Shown here: piece after piece, positions 26,824 through 34,740 of the stretch
How positions within the stretch are numbered: the stretch's first letter is position 1
Layout of the letters: each line of letters begins with the position of its first letter
Assembly: GCA_018663165.1 (NCBI GenBank)
Contig: JABJES010000052.1
Span: 1-34,740, forward strand
DNA from: Rhodospirillaceae bacterium
Lineage (GTDB): Bacteria; Pseudomonadota; Alphaproteobacteria; UBA11136
Reading direction: 5' to 3'
Length of the DNA: 34,740 nucleotides
Position numbers and translations under genes: made by a program
Notes under the pieces: model-generated
What the model was told of the DNA's origin: nothing
Databases searched by the model: none
Seen by the model: only the letters and a program-made list of their open reading frames with translations

Positions 26824-27606
26824 ATGGGCGCCGACGAAACCATGACTGTTGAGGCCGGGCGGCGCATTTTTGTTGCCCTCGACACCCCCGACATCGCCCT
26901 AGCGACAAAAACCGCGGCGGCACTCAAAGGCCATGTCGGTGGCGTAAAGCTTGGCAAAGAGTTCTTCACCGCCAACGGTCCCGGCGGCGTGATGGCCGTC
27001 TCGCTCGCCCAATTGCCGATTTTCCTCGATCTCAAGTTCCACGACATTCCCAATACCGTTGCCGGTGCCGTGCGCGCCATCGGCCATATCGAACTGGCGA
27101 TGATGACGGTCCATGCCAGTGGTGGGCTTGAGATGATCCGCGCCGCCTGTGAAGAGGCGGCCCAATCAGCCGCTAAATTCGGCACCCCAAAACCCCTGAT
27201 CCTGGCCGTAACGGTCCTGACCAGCCTCAGCGATTCCGACATGCCGGGCCTCGGCATTTCCGGCTCAGTGGCGGACCAGGTTTATCGTCTCGCCGATCTA
27301 GCACAAAAAGCCGGAGCCGATGGAATCATCTGTTCACCCCATGAGGTTGCCGATTTGCGGGCGCGTCTCGGCCCTGATTTTCGCCTCGTGGTGCCAGGCA
27401 TCCGCCCTGCGGGCAGTGAGGCCGACGACCAGCAGCGGGTCATGACCCCGAACGAAGCCGTCGCCCAGGGAGCCGATTACCTGGTCATCGGCCGTCCGAT
27501 CACCCAATCGGACAATCCTGTGACGGCGGCGGACGCCATCGCCACAGAAATCGATACAGAAGTCGACACAAAAATTATCACCCAAAACCAAGGCATAGGC
27601 GGATGA
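26824..27606 (+). CDS. pyrF: orotidine 5'-phosphate decarboxylase
   Basis: IFVALDTPD, GVKLGKEFF, FLDLKFHDIPNTV and DYLVIGRPIT. ATG 26824 follows AAGGA. The stop overlaps the trpF start (ATGA). Confidence 0.9.
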   Translation: MGADETMTVEAGRRIFVALDTPDIALATKTAAALKGHVGGVKLGKEFFTANGPGGVMAVSLAQLPIFLDLKFHDIPNTVAGAVRAIGHIELAMMTVHASGGLEMIRAACEEAAQSAAKFGTPKPLILAVTVLTSLSDSDMPGLGISGSVADQVYRLADLAQKAGADGIICSPHEVADLRARLGPDFRLVVPGIRPAGSEADDQQRVMTPNEAVAQGADYLVIGRPITQSDNPVTAADAIATEIDTEVDTKIITQNQGIGG

Positions 27607-28244
27607 ATCTGAAAGTTAAAATCTGCGGTATCAACAGTGCGCTCGCGGCCCAATCCGCCGGTGAGGCCGATTTCATCGGCTTTGTCTTTTACCCCCCTTC
27701 ACCGCGAGCGGTTAATCCTGAAGAGGCCGCCCGACTGGCTGGCCATTTGTTGCCGTCGGCAAAAAAAGTCGGCCTTTTCGTCGATGCTGAGGATGCTGCC
27801 ATTGCTGCCGCTCTGGCCCATCTCCCCCTCGATATCTTACAGTTTCATGGAGAGGAATCTCCCGACCGGGTTCGCGATGCCCGTAAAAAATTCAATCTGC
27901 CCGTGATGAAAGCGATCAAAATCGCCGGGCCCGAAGATGTTGAAGCCGCCAGCGCCTATTTTGAGGCCGCCGACAGCTTGTTATTCGACGCCAAGCCGCC
28001 CGCTAAGATGAAAAAAACCCTGCCCGGCGGCAATGCCCTGGCCTTCGACTGGAAGCTGATCGCCGGACGCGACTGGCCTTTGCCATGGATGCTCTCAGGT
28101 GGGCTGGCGGTTGAAAATCTGGCGGTTGCAGTGAAAACAAGCGGTACCCGGGCCGTCGATGTGTCATCAGGGGTCGAAGACGAACCGGGCCGCAAGAGCC
28201 CGGCAAAAATCCGTGCCTTTATTCAAGCAGCGGCAAGGCTTTGA
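27603..28244 (+). CDS. trpF: phosphoribosylanthranilate isomerase
   Basis: 213 aa. VKICGI, ADFIGFVF, LQFHGEE and VDVSSGVE motifs. Confidence 0.9.
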   Translation: MNLKVKICGINSALAAQSAGEADFIGFVFYPPSPRAVNPEEAARLAGHLLPSAKKVGLFVDAEDAAIAAALAHLPLDILQFHGEESPDRVRDARKKFNLPVMKAIKIAGPEDVEAASAYFEAADSLLFDAKPPAKMKKTLPGGNALAFDWKLIAGRDWPLPWMLSGGLAVENLAVAVKTSGTRAVDVSSGVEDEPGRKSPAKIRAFIQAAARL

Positions 28245-28337
28245 ACCCTTTGACCTTTTTCTCGTGCTATGGTTCATTCGCCTGTCGAAAAGCGGGAAAC
28301 GCCTGTTTTTCAGCATCGAGCTGATAATGTGGACAAG

Positions 28338-29585
28338 ATGACCCAGCCCAACACCTATCGCGCCGGGCCCGACGAGGACGGCCATTTTGGAATATACGGT
28401 GGCCGTTACGTCGCCGAAACCCTGATGCCGCTGATCCTCAGCGTCGAAAAGGCCTATACACAGGCCAAGGCGGATCCTGCCTTCCTGGAAGAGTTTCGAT
28501 ATTACCTGACCCAATATGTCGGCCGTCCCAGCCCGCTTTATTTTGCCCAAAGTTTAAGCGAACATTTCGCCGAAAAGGCTGGCGAAAAAGGCCGGGGGAA
28601 GAACAAGGGCGCAAAGATTTATCTCAAACGCGAAGACCTCAATCACACCGGCGCCCACAAGATCAACAACTGCATCGGCCAGGCTCTGCTCGCCAAACGC
28701 ATGGGCAGAACCCGCATCATTGCCGAGACCGGGGCCGGTCAGCACGGGGTTGCCACCGCTACCGTCTGCGCCCTTTTTAACCTGCCCTGCACGATCTACA
28801 TGGGCGAGGTCGATATCGCCCGCCAGGCCCCCAACGTTTTCCGCATGAAGTTGCTCGGTGCCGAGGTGGTGCCTGTTACATCCGGCACCCGCACCTTAAA
28901 GGACGCTCTCAACGAGGCACTGCGCGACTGGGTGGCCAATGTCGCCGATACTTTTTACATCATCGGCACGGTTGCCGGGCCTCATCCCTATCCGGCCATG
29001 GTCCGCGATTTCCAATCGGTGATCGGCGAGGAAACCCGCGAACAGATCCTCCAATCCGAGGGGCGTCTGCCTGACAGTCTTGTCGCCTGCATCGGCGGTG
29101 GATCAAACGCCATCGGCCTCTTTCATCCCTTCCTTGATGATGGGGACGTTAAAATGACCGGCGTCGAAGCGGCAGGCGAAGGTGTTGAAACCGGCCGCCA
29201 CGCCGCATCAATCTCCGGCGGCAGCCCTGGCGTCCTTCATGGGGCACGCAGCTATCTGCTTCAAGACGATGACGGACAGGTCATGGAAACCCACTCGATC
29301 TCGGCCGGACTCGATTATCCCGGTGTCGGGCCGGAGCATTCCTGGCTCAGAGATAATGGTCGCATCGACATTGCCACCGCCACTGACGATGAGGCGCTTG
29401 CCGCCTTTCAGTTGATGACCGAGCTCGAAGGCATTATCCCGGCACTGGAATCAAGTCATGCCATGGCCTATATCGCCCGCATCGCCCCTGAGCTGCCCAG
29501 TGATCATCTTCTCGTCATGTGCCTTTCCGGGCGCGGCGATAAAGACATCTTTTCAGTTGCCGAAAAGCTGGGGGTGGAACTATGA
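28338..29585 (+). CDS. trpB: tryptophan synthase beta chain
   Basis: [34 protein letters not shown] (PLP lysine) and [11 protein letters not shown] 28338 is preferred over the track start 28269. Confidence 0.96.
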   Translation: MTQPNTYRAGPDEDGHFGIYGGRYVAETLMPLILSVEKAYTQAKADPAFLEEFRYYLTQYVGRPSPLYFAQSLSEHFAEKAGEKGRGKNKGAKIYLKREDLNHTGAHKINNCIGQALLAKRMGRTRIIAETGAGQHGVATATVCALFNLPCTIYMGEVDIARQAPNVFRMKLLGAEVVPVTSGTRTLKDALNEALRDWVANVADTFYIIGTVAGPHPYPAMVRDFQSVIGEETREQILQSEGRLPDSLVACIGGGSNAIGLFHPFLDDGDVKMTGVEAAGEGVETGRHAASISGGSPGVLHGARSYLLQDDDGQVMETHSISAGLDYPGVGPEHSWLRDNGRIDIATATDDEALAAFQLMTELEGIIPALESSHAMAYIARIAPELPSDHLLVMCLSGRGDKDIFSVAEKLGVEL

Positions 29586-30448
29586 GCACAACAGCTAATC
29601 TCGCCTCCAAACCTGTAATTGGCAGCGACCGCATCGCCCGACGTTTCGAGGAACTGAAAGCCGAGAATCGGGGCGGCTTAATCACTTTTCTTACTGCCGG
29701 TGATCCGGACGGGGAAACGTCCCTCGCCCTGCTCAAAGGTCTGGCCGGTGCTGGAGCCGATCTGATCGAACTCGGCATGCCCTTTTCCGACCCCATGGCC
29801 GACGGCCCGTCGATCCAGGCTGCCGGTCTGCGCGCGCTTAATGCCGGGGCGACTTTGAAAAAGACGCTGGCCCAGGTGCGCGCCTTCCGAAAAGACGATG
29901 GCGATACACCGATAATTCTCATGGGCTATTACAACCCGATCTACGTTTATGGGGTTGAGGCTTTTATTGCCGATGCCCTGGCCGCCGGTGTCGATGGGGT
30001 GATCATTGTCGACCTGCCGCCCGAAGAGGACGCGGAATTATGTCTACCCGCTTTACAGGCGGGCCTGCCCTTCATCCGCCTGGCCACGCCGACCACCGAC
30101 GACGAACGCCTACCGACAGTGCTCGCCCATACCAGCGGCTTCGTCTATTACGTCTCGATCGCCGGAATTACCGGCACCAAATCGGCCGAGAGCACAGATA
30201 TCGGTGAGGCGGTTGCGCGCCTGCACCGCCATACCGACCTGCCAATTGCCGTTGGTTTCGGCATCAGGACGCCGGACCAGGCGGCGGAAGTCGCCCGCAT
30301 TGCCGATGCAGCCGTCGTCGGCTCGGCCCTTGTCGACCGCATCGCTGGCAACCTTACCGACAAGGGAAAGCCCGAACCCGGTCTGATCGGGGATACGCTC
30401 GATTTTGTTGCCGGTCTGGCAAGTGCAGTAAGAAAGGCGCGAACATGA
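29582..30448 (+). CDS. trpA: tryptophan synthase alpha chain
   Basis: [28 protein letters not shown] and [14 protein letters not shown] overlaps on both sides. Confidence 0.95.
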   Translation: MSTTANLASKPVIGSDRIARRFEELKAENRGGLITFLTAGDPDGETSLALLKGLAGAGADLIELGMPFSDPMADGPSIQAAGLRALNAGATLKKTLAQVRAFRKDDGDTPIILMGYYNPIYVYGVEAFIADALAAGVDGVIIVDLPPEEDAELCLPALQAGLPFIRLATPTTDDERLPTVLAHTSGFVYYVSIAGITGTKSAESTDIGEAVARLHRHTDLPIAVGFGIRTPDQAAEVARIADAAVVGSALVDRIAGNLTDKGKPEPGLIGDTLDFVAGLASAVRKART

Positions 30449-31431
30449 ACTGGCTAACCAGCTTTGTCCGTCCCAAAATCAAGGCGCTGGTCGGCAAGCG
30501 TGAAATGCCCGACAATTTGTGGAACAAATGCACCTCGTGCGGGCAGATGATTTTTCACCGCGAGTTGGAAGAAAATCTTCACGTCTGTTCTCATTGCGGG
30601 CATCACATGAAGCTTAGCGTCGCCCAGCGGCTTGAGCTCCTTTTCGACGACGGGAAATTCCAGGAAATCGAGCTGCCCGAAGTCACCGCCGATCCCTTGA
30701 AGTTCAAGGACCGCAAACGCTACGGCGACCGCCTCAAGGAAGCCCAGAACCGTACCGGCAGAAAGGACGCCATCGTCGTTTCCCACGGCAAGATCAACTC
30801 CATTCCCACCGTCATTGCCGTCCTCGACTTTTCCTATATGGGGGGCTCCATGGGCATGGCCGTCGGCGAAGGCCTATTGGCCGCCTCCCGTCTTGCTGTC
30901 GCCCAGGAATCACCGCTGATTGTCATTCCCTCTTCAGGCGGTGCGCGCATGCAAGAAGGCATTCTCTCTCTCATGCAGATGCCACGTTCGATCATCGCCG
31001 CCGACGAGGTCAAAGAAGCGGGCCTGCCCTATATCGTTGTGCTGGCCGACCCCACCACCGGCGGCGTTTCCGCCTCCTTTGCCATGCTCGGCGATATTGC
31101 CATCGCCGAACCGGGTGCTGTGATCTGTTTTGCTGGCGCCAGGGTGATTGAGGAAACGATCCGCGAGACCCTGCCCGAAGGATTCCAGCGCGCCGAATAT
31201 CTTCTCGAACACGGCATGATCGATATGGTCGTGCACCGGCGCGACCTGCGCGATACCCTGGCCCGTATCCTCTCTCTGCTTTGCCACCGCGATCCTCCCG
31301 CCGCAATCGTCCCGATAGCTGCGAACGGCAAAAATGCCCAAAATGGCACCAACAAAAAATCAGCGGCAAAGAACCCGTCTGCCAAAAGCGCACCAGCGCG
31401 GCGCGTCACCGACCGCCAAGATGCCAACTAA
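30445..31431 (+). CDS. accD: acetyl-CoA carboxylase carboxyltransferase beta subunit
   Basis: Zn-ribbon [26 protein letters not shown] and a carboxyltransferase domain ([14 protein letters not shown]). Lys/Asn/Ala-rich C-terminal tail. Confidence 0.95.
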   Translation: MNWLTSFVRPKIKALVGKREMPDNLWNKCTSCGQMIFHRELEENLHVCSHCGHHMKLSVAQRLELLFDDGKFQEIELPEVTADPLKFKDRKRYGDRLKEAQNRTGRKDAIVVSHGKINSIPTVIAVLDFSYMGGSMGMAVGEGLLAASRLAVAQESPLIVIPSSGGARMQEGILSLMQMPRSIIAADEVKEAGLPYIVVLADPTTGGVSASFAMLGDIAIAEPGAVICFAGARVIEETIRETLPEGFQRAEYLLEHGMIDMVVHRRDLRDTLARILSLLCHRDPPAAIVPIAANGKNAQNGTNKKSAAKNPSAKSAPARRVTDRQDAN

Positions 31432-32731
31432 CACCACCACCATTCTGGAGCGCCTGACCGCGCTGCACCCTAAAATCATCGACCTGACGCTCGCCCGTAT
31501 CGAAGGGCTGCTCAAAGATCTCGGCCATCCAGAACTCAACCTGCCGCCAGTGGTTCATGTGGCCGGAACCAACGGCAAGGGATCGACACTGGCTTTCCTG
31601 CGAGCCTATCTGGAGGCTGCCGGATACAAGGTGCATGTCTATACCTCACCCCATCTGGTTCGTTTTAACGAACGCATCCGTCTGGCCGGTGAGATCGTCT
31701 CGACGGAACATCTCATCGACTTGCTGGAAGAATGCGAAACCGTCAACGCCGGCAAGCCCATCACCTTTTTCGAAATCACCACGGCAGCGGCCTTTCTCGC
31801 CATGTCCCGGGTGCGCGCAGATATAACCCTTCTTGAGACCGGCCTGGGCGGGCGTCTCGACGCCACCAACGTGCTGGCCCGCCCAAGGCTGACCGCGATC
31901 ACCCCGGTTTCGATCGATCATATTCAGTATCTGGGCGAGGGGATCACCAATATTGCCGGAGAAAAAGCCGGAATTCTTAAACCCGGCGTTACCGGGGTTA
32001 TCGCCCCCCAGCCGCCTGAGGCCCAGGCGGTAATCGAGGCTCGGGCGACAGCGATCGGTGCCCCCTTGTATCAATATGACCAGCACTGGGTGGTTGATCC
32101 GGTTGAAGACCCGGTGCCGTCCGGGGCGCTGACCTTTCGGGGTGAAACTCTGTCGCTGGATTTGCCTTCACCCGGCCTGGCCGGGGCTCACCAGCATATC
32201 AACGCCGGCACGGCAGTGGCCTGCCTTGAGAATCTCCCCGACTTCGACATCGGCGAAGCGGCGATCCGTCGCGGTCTGGTGACGGTGGAATGGCCGGGAC
32301 GCCTGCAACGCCTCACCCATGGCGGGCTGACCGGTATCCTGCCTCGGGGGTGGGAGTTGTGGATCGACGGCGGCCATAACCCGGCGGCCGGTGAGATTCT
32401 TGCCCGTGCCGCCATGACCTGGCACGATCGCCCCCTGCATGTGGTTTTAGGTATGCTCAACACCAAGGACCCGGCCGGGTTTCTCAAACCCATAGCGCCC
32501 CATGTCCGATCCCTCACCGCCATCCCGATCGCCAATGAACAGGCGAGCTTCAGCGCCGAAGAAATTGCCCTGGCATCTAAAATCGACAGCCCGTCGCCGC
32601 GCATTGCGGCTGATCTGGAAAGCGCCCTGGCCGCGATACTGCGCGAGGGCGGAGAAACCGGGCGCATCCTCGTCTGCGGATCGCTTTATCTGGTCGGCGC
32701 AGCCCTCAAACGCAACGGTGAGGCGGCCTGA
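31421..32731 (+). CDS. folC: bifunctional folylpolyglutamate synthase / dihydrofolate synthase
   Basis: Mur-ligase P-loop VAGTNGKGST and TSPHLVRFNERI. ATG 31421 overlaps the accD end by 11 nt. The track start 31334 would lie inside accD. Confidence 0.9.
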   Translation: MPTNTTTILERLTALHPKIIDLTLARIEGLLKDLGHPELNLPPVVHVAGTNGKGSTLAFLRAYLEAAGYKVHVYTSPHLVRFNERIRLAGEIVSTEHLIDLLEECETVNAGKPITFFEITTAAAFLAMSRVRADITLLETGLGGRLDATNVLARPRLTAITPVSIDHIQYLGEGITNIAGEKAGILKPGVTGVIAPQPPEAQAVIEARATAIGAPLYQYDQHWVVDPVEDPVPSGALTFRGETLSLDLPSPGLAGAHQHINAGTAVACLENLPDFDIGEAAIRRGLVTVEWPGRLQRLTHGGLTGILPRGWELWIDGGHNPAAGEILARAAMTWHDRPLHVVLGMLNTKDPAGFLKPIAPHVRSLTAIPIANEQASFSAEEIALASKIDSPSPRIAADLESALAAILREGGETGRILVCGSLYLVGAALKRNGEAA

Positions 32732-32838
32732 GGCGACTTCGAAAAAGATAGAATTTCCCAGCAGAGGCCGTATCGAGTAACTAAGCCAAAGCCCCCATAT
32801 CAGGGTAGTGATACAGACAGGCGGAGATCATATTCTAA

Positions 32839-33975
32839 ATGACAACTCTATTTTCCCCCCTCAAACTGCGTGGCATAACATTTAAAAATCGCATTGCTGT
32901 TTCACCCATGAGCCAGTATCGGGCTATTGAGGGGAAGGCTAATGATTGGCATATGGTTCATCTGGGTCGGTTTGCCATGGGAGGGGCGGGGTTAGTCTAT
33001 GCCGAAGCGACAGCCGTGGAGGCGGATGGTCGACGCACCCACGGGGATTTGGGGTTGTGGGAGGATGATCAGGTTGACGGATTGCTTTCGATCACCTCAT
33101 TTCTCAGTCAGGAAGGCACTATTCCCGGTGTTCAGCTTAGTCATGCCGGGCGCAAAGCCTCGGAACGCCGCCCCTGGCACGGGGAAAAACCGGTGGATGA
33201 AGAGGATCTTTCTATAAGAGGCGAAGCTCCGTGGAAGGCCATTGCGCCCTCTGCAATTACTTACGCCGATGGTTGGCCCGACCCCGAGGTGATGTCCGAG
33301 GCCGATATCGAGCGGGTAATCGCTTCCTTTGGCGATGCCGCTCGGCGATCAAAAGAGGCGGGTTTCAGGATTGTCGAGGTCTATGCCGCCCACGGTTTTC
33401 TGGTCCATCAATTCCTCTCGCCCATTGCCAACCGGCGTACCGACAAATGGGGGGGGAACGCTGAAAACAGACGACGGTTTGCTATCGAGGTTGCGCGCTC
33501 AATCCGTGCCAACTGGCCTGAGGAGTACCCCTTGGTTTTTCGGTTATCAGCGACGGACTGGCTCGAAGGTGGGGTTGAGATCGAAGACACCATCATGACG
33601 GCCCAAGCCCTGAAAGCGGAAGGGGTCGATATGATTGATTGTTCGACCGGAGGTATAGCGGGGCGGGAGCGCCCGCGCCGCATGACCATCGAACAGGGGT
33701 TCCAGGTGCCGTTTGCCGCGCAGGTCAGAGAAGAGGCAGATGTATCAACTATGGCGGTTGGCTTGTTGTGGGATGCCAAAATTTGTGAAGAGATTATTGC
33801 AAAGGGCGAGGCCGATATGATTGCTTTGGCTCGGGAATTATTGGACGACCCTAACTGGCCGCTCCATGCCGCGGCCACACTTGACGCCGATCATGATCAC
33901 AACATGTGGCCGGAAGAATCCGGTTGGTGGCTCATGAAACGCGAACGTCTAATGAGCAAACTTGGCCTACGTTAA
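32839..33975 (+). CDS. NADH:flavin oxidoreductase, Old Yellow Enzyme (YqjM/NamA-like)
   Basis: FKNRIAVSPMSQY, HAGRK, AAHGFLVHQFLSP..NRRTDKWGG and ADMIALAREL. Confidence 0.9.
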   Translation: MTTLFSPLKLRGITFKNRIAVSPMSQYRAIEGKANDWHMVHLGRFAMGGAGLVYAEATAVEADGRRTHGDLGLWEDDQVDGLLSITSFLSQEGTIPGVQLSHAGRKASERRPWHGEKPVDEEDLSIRGEAPWKAIAPSAITYADGWPDPEVMSEADIERVIASFGDAARRSKEAGFRIVEVYAAHGFLVHQFLSPIANRRTDKWGGNAENRRRFAIEVARSIRANWPEEYPLVFRLSATDWLEGGVEIEDTIMTAQALKAEGVDMIDCSTGGIAGRERPRRMTIEQGFQVPFAAQVREEADVSTMAVGLLWDAKICEEIIAKGEADMIALARELLDDPNWPLHAAATLDADHDHNMWPEESGWWLMKRERLMSKLGLR

Positions 33976-34207
33976 CTTCGTTTGCCAAACATGTTAACGT
34001 GTTAGTTTGCTCCTATTTTTATCAAACTTATGCACTAAAAAAGATCATTCTGGAAACCGTGTAAAGCTTCAAGACACTAGGGTTTAAGTTGATATTGATG
34101 ACCGTTAAGGGTCAAAAGCAGACCTTTCGCAAAAGCTTCTGATCTGTCTTCTTTCAAGAAGAAGGCGGCCTGAGGATAAGCCTTGCTTGGTCCGAGTAGG
34201 GTCATGT

Positions 34208-34740
34208 CTAAGATACCGTAAAATCAGCCATCATGCCGGAATCCTCATGTTCCAGGATATGGCAATGGACCATGAACGGAAACTCCTTCGAGGCCGGGTG
34301 CTCGAACCGCACCTGGATTTCGCAGGAGCTGCCCTTTTCGACCGGCACAATATCCTTCCAGCCCGCCATATGTGCCGGCGGCGCTTTGCCATTAAGGGTT
34401 AAAATCCGGAACTGACAGCCGTGGATATGCACCGGATGCAGCATCTTGTCCGAGCCTTCCGAGATGGTCCAGCGCACATCGGTGTTCAAGGAGGCGCCAA
34501 AGGACACAGCGCCCATCTCGAATGATTTTCCGTTGACAGTATTCGCGCTGAGCTGCTTTTCGAGGGATAAAGCCGGGGTATCCGTGATCAGCTTATTGAC
34601 CGCCTTCACAATCTCCGGATCGAATTTTTTAGACATATTCATCTTCATGAGGCCAGCGGATTTCAAAAGCCCCATGCCCTCTTTGTCATCGCGCATCCCC
34701 ATGACGATGGTCTGGCTCGTCGGCGGAAGGTTCTTTACCA
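34208..34740 (-). CDS. multicopper oxidase (CueO-like), C-terminal part; 5' end outside window
   Basis: Copper-binding motifs HPVHIHG and HCHILEHEDSGMM. The frame stays open upstream of the track start to the window edge (...VKNLPPTSQTIVMGMRDD). Confidence 0.85.
   Translation of the reverse strand, partial: VKNLPPTSQTIVMGMRDDKEGMGLLKSAGLMKMNMSKKFDPEIVKAVNKLITDTPALSLEKQLSANTVNGKSFEMGAVSFGASLNTDVRWTISEGSDKMLHPVHIHGCQFRILTLNGKAPPAHMAGWKDIVPVEKGSSCEIQVRFEHPASKEFPFMVHCHILEHEDSGMMADFTVS

Noticed and set aside
28279-28311. Attenuator-like element (GCG-GGAAA-CGC followed by CTGTTTTTC) between trpF and trpB.
   Set aside because: The stem is only about 3 bp. There is no leader peptide with Trp codons and no alternative antiterminator pairing that I can see.
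31334-31420. Upstream extension of the FolC ORF.
   Set aside because: It lies inside the accD coding region. The conserved FolC N-terminus (ILERLTALHPKIIDL) begins right after ATG 31421.

Overview
This looks like a chromosomal segment of a moderately GC-rich alphaproteobacterium. The taxon is inferred from gene order and protein motifs. All homology statements come from reading translations by eye, not from database searches. Most of the window is conserved housekeeping synteny. In order: a partial SDR, a TPR protein, GST, uppP, a Fae-family protein, an NDUFA9-like SDR, tRNA-Leu(CAG)-rnd, and kdsD-lptC-lptA-lptB-rpoN-hpf-ptsN. Next comes a DUF1150-hsp20 heat-shock pair with a sigma32-type promoter and a ROSE-like leader. 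After the accessory block come tRNA-Ala(GGC), a TIGR02300 zinc-ribbon protein, aroA-cmk-rpsA-sppA-ihfB-lapA and a beta-carbonic anhydrase. The window ends with pyrF-trpF-trpB-trpA-accD-folC (mostly chained by ATGA overlaps), an Old Yellow Enzyme and a partial multicopper oxidase. I see no rRNA, CRISPR array, integrase, transposase, phage genes or recognisable defence genes. The only accessory-looking stretch is about 13.4-19.0 kb. It holds a 2TM protein, an orphan FlgC-like rod-family protein, a small helical ORF, a receiver-first histidine kinase and a membrane-anchored PhnD-like binding protein. It also holds a Cache/HAMP/PAS sensor kinase whose catalytic domain is missing because the ORF runs into the terminator and body of tRNA-Ala. 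I do not find a convincing complete novel multi-gene system. The items most worth a second look are the signalling block and its truncation at the tRNA, the orphan rod-like protein, the orphan Fae homologue, an internally duplicated LptA, and several short intergenic tandem repeats.
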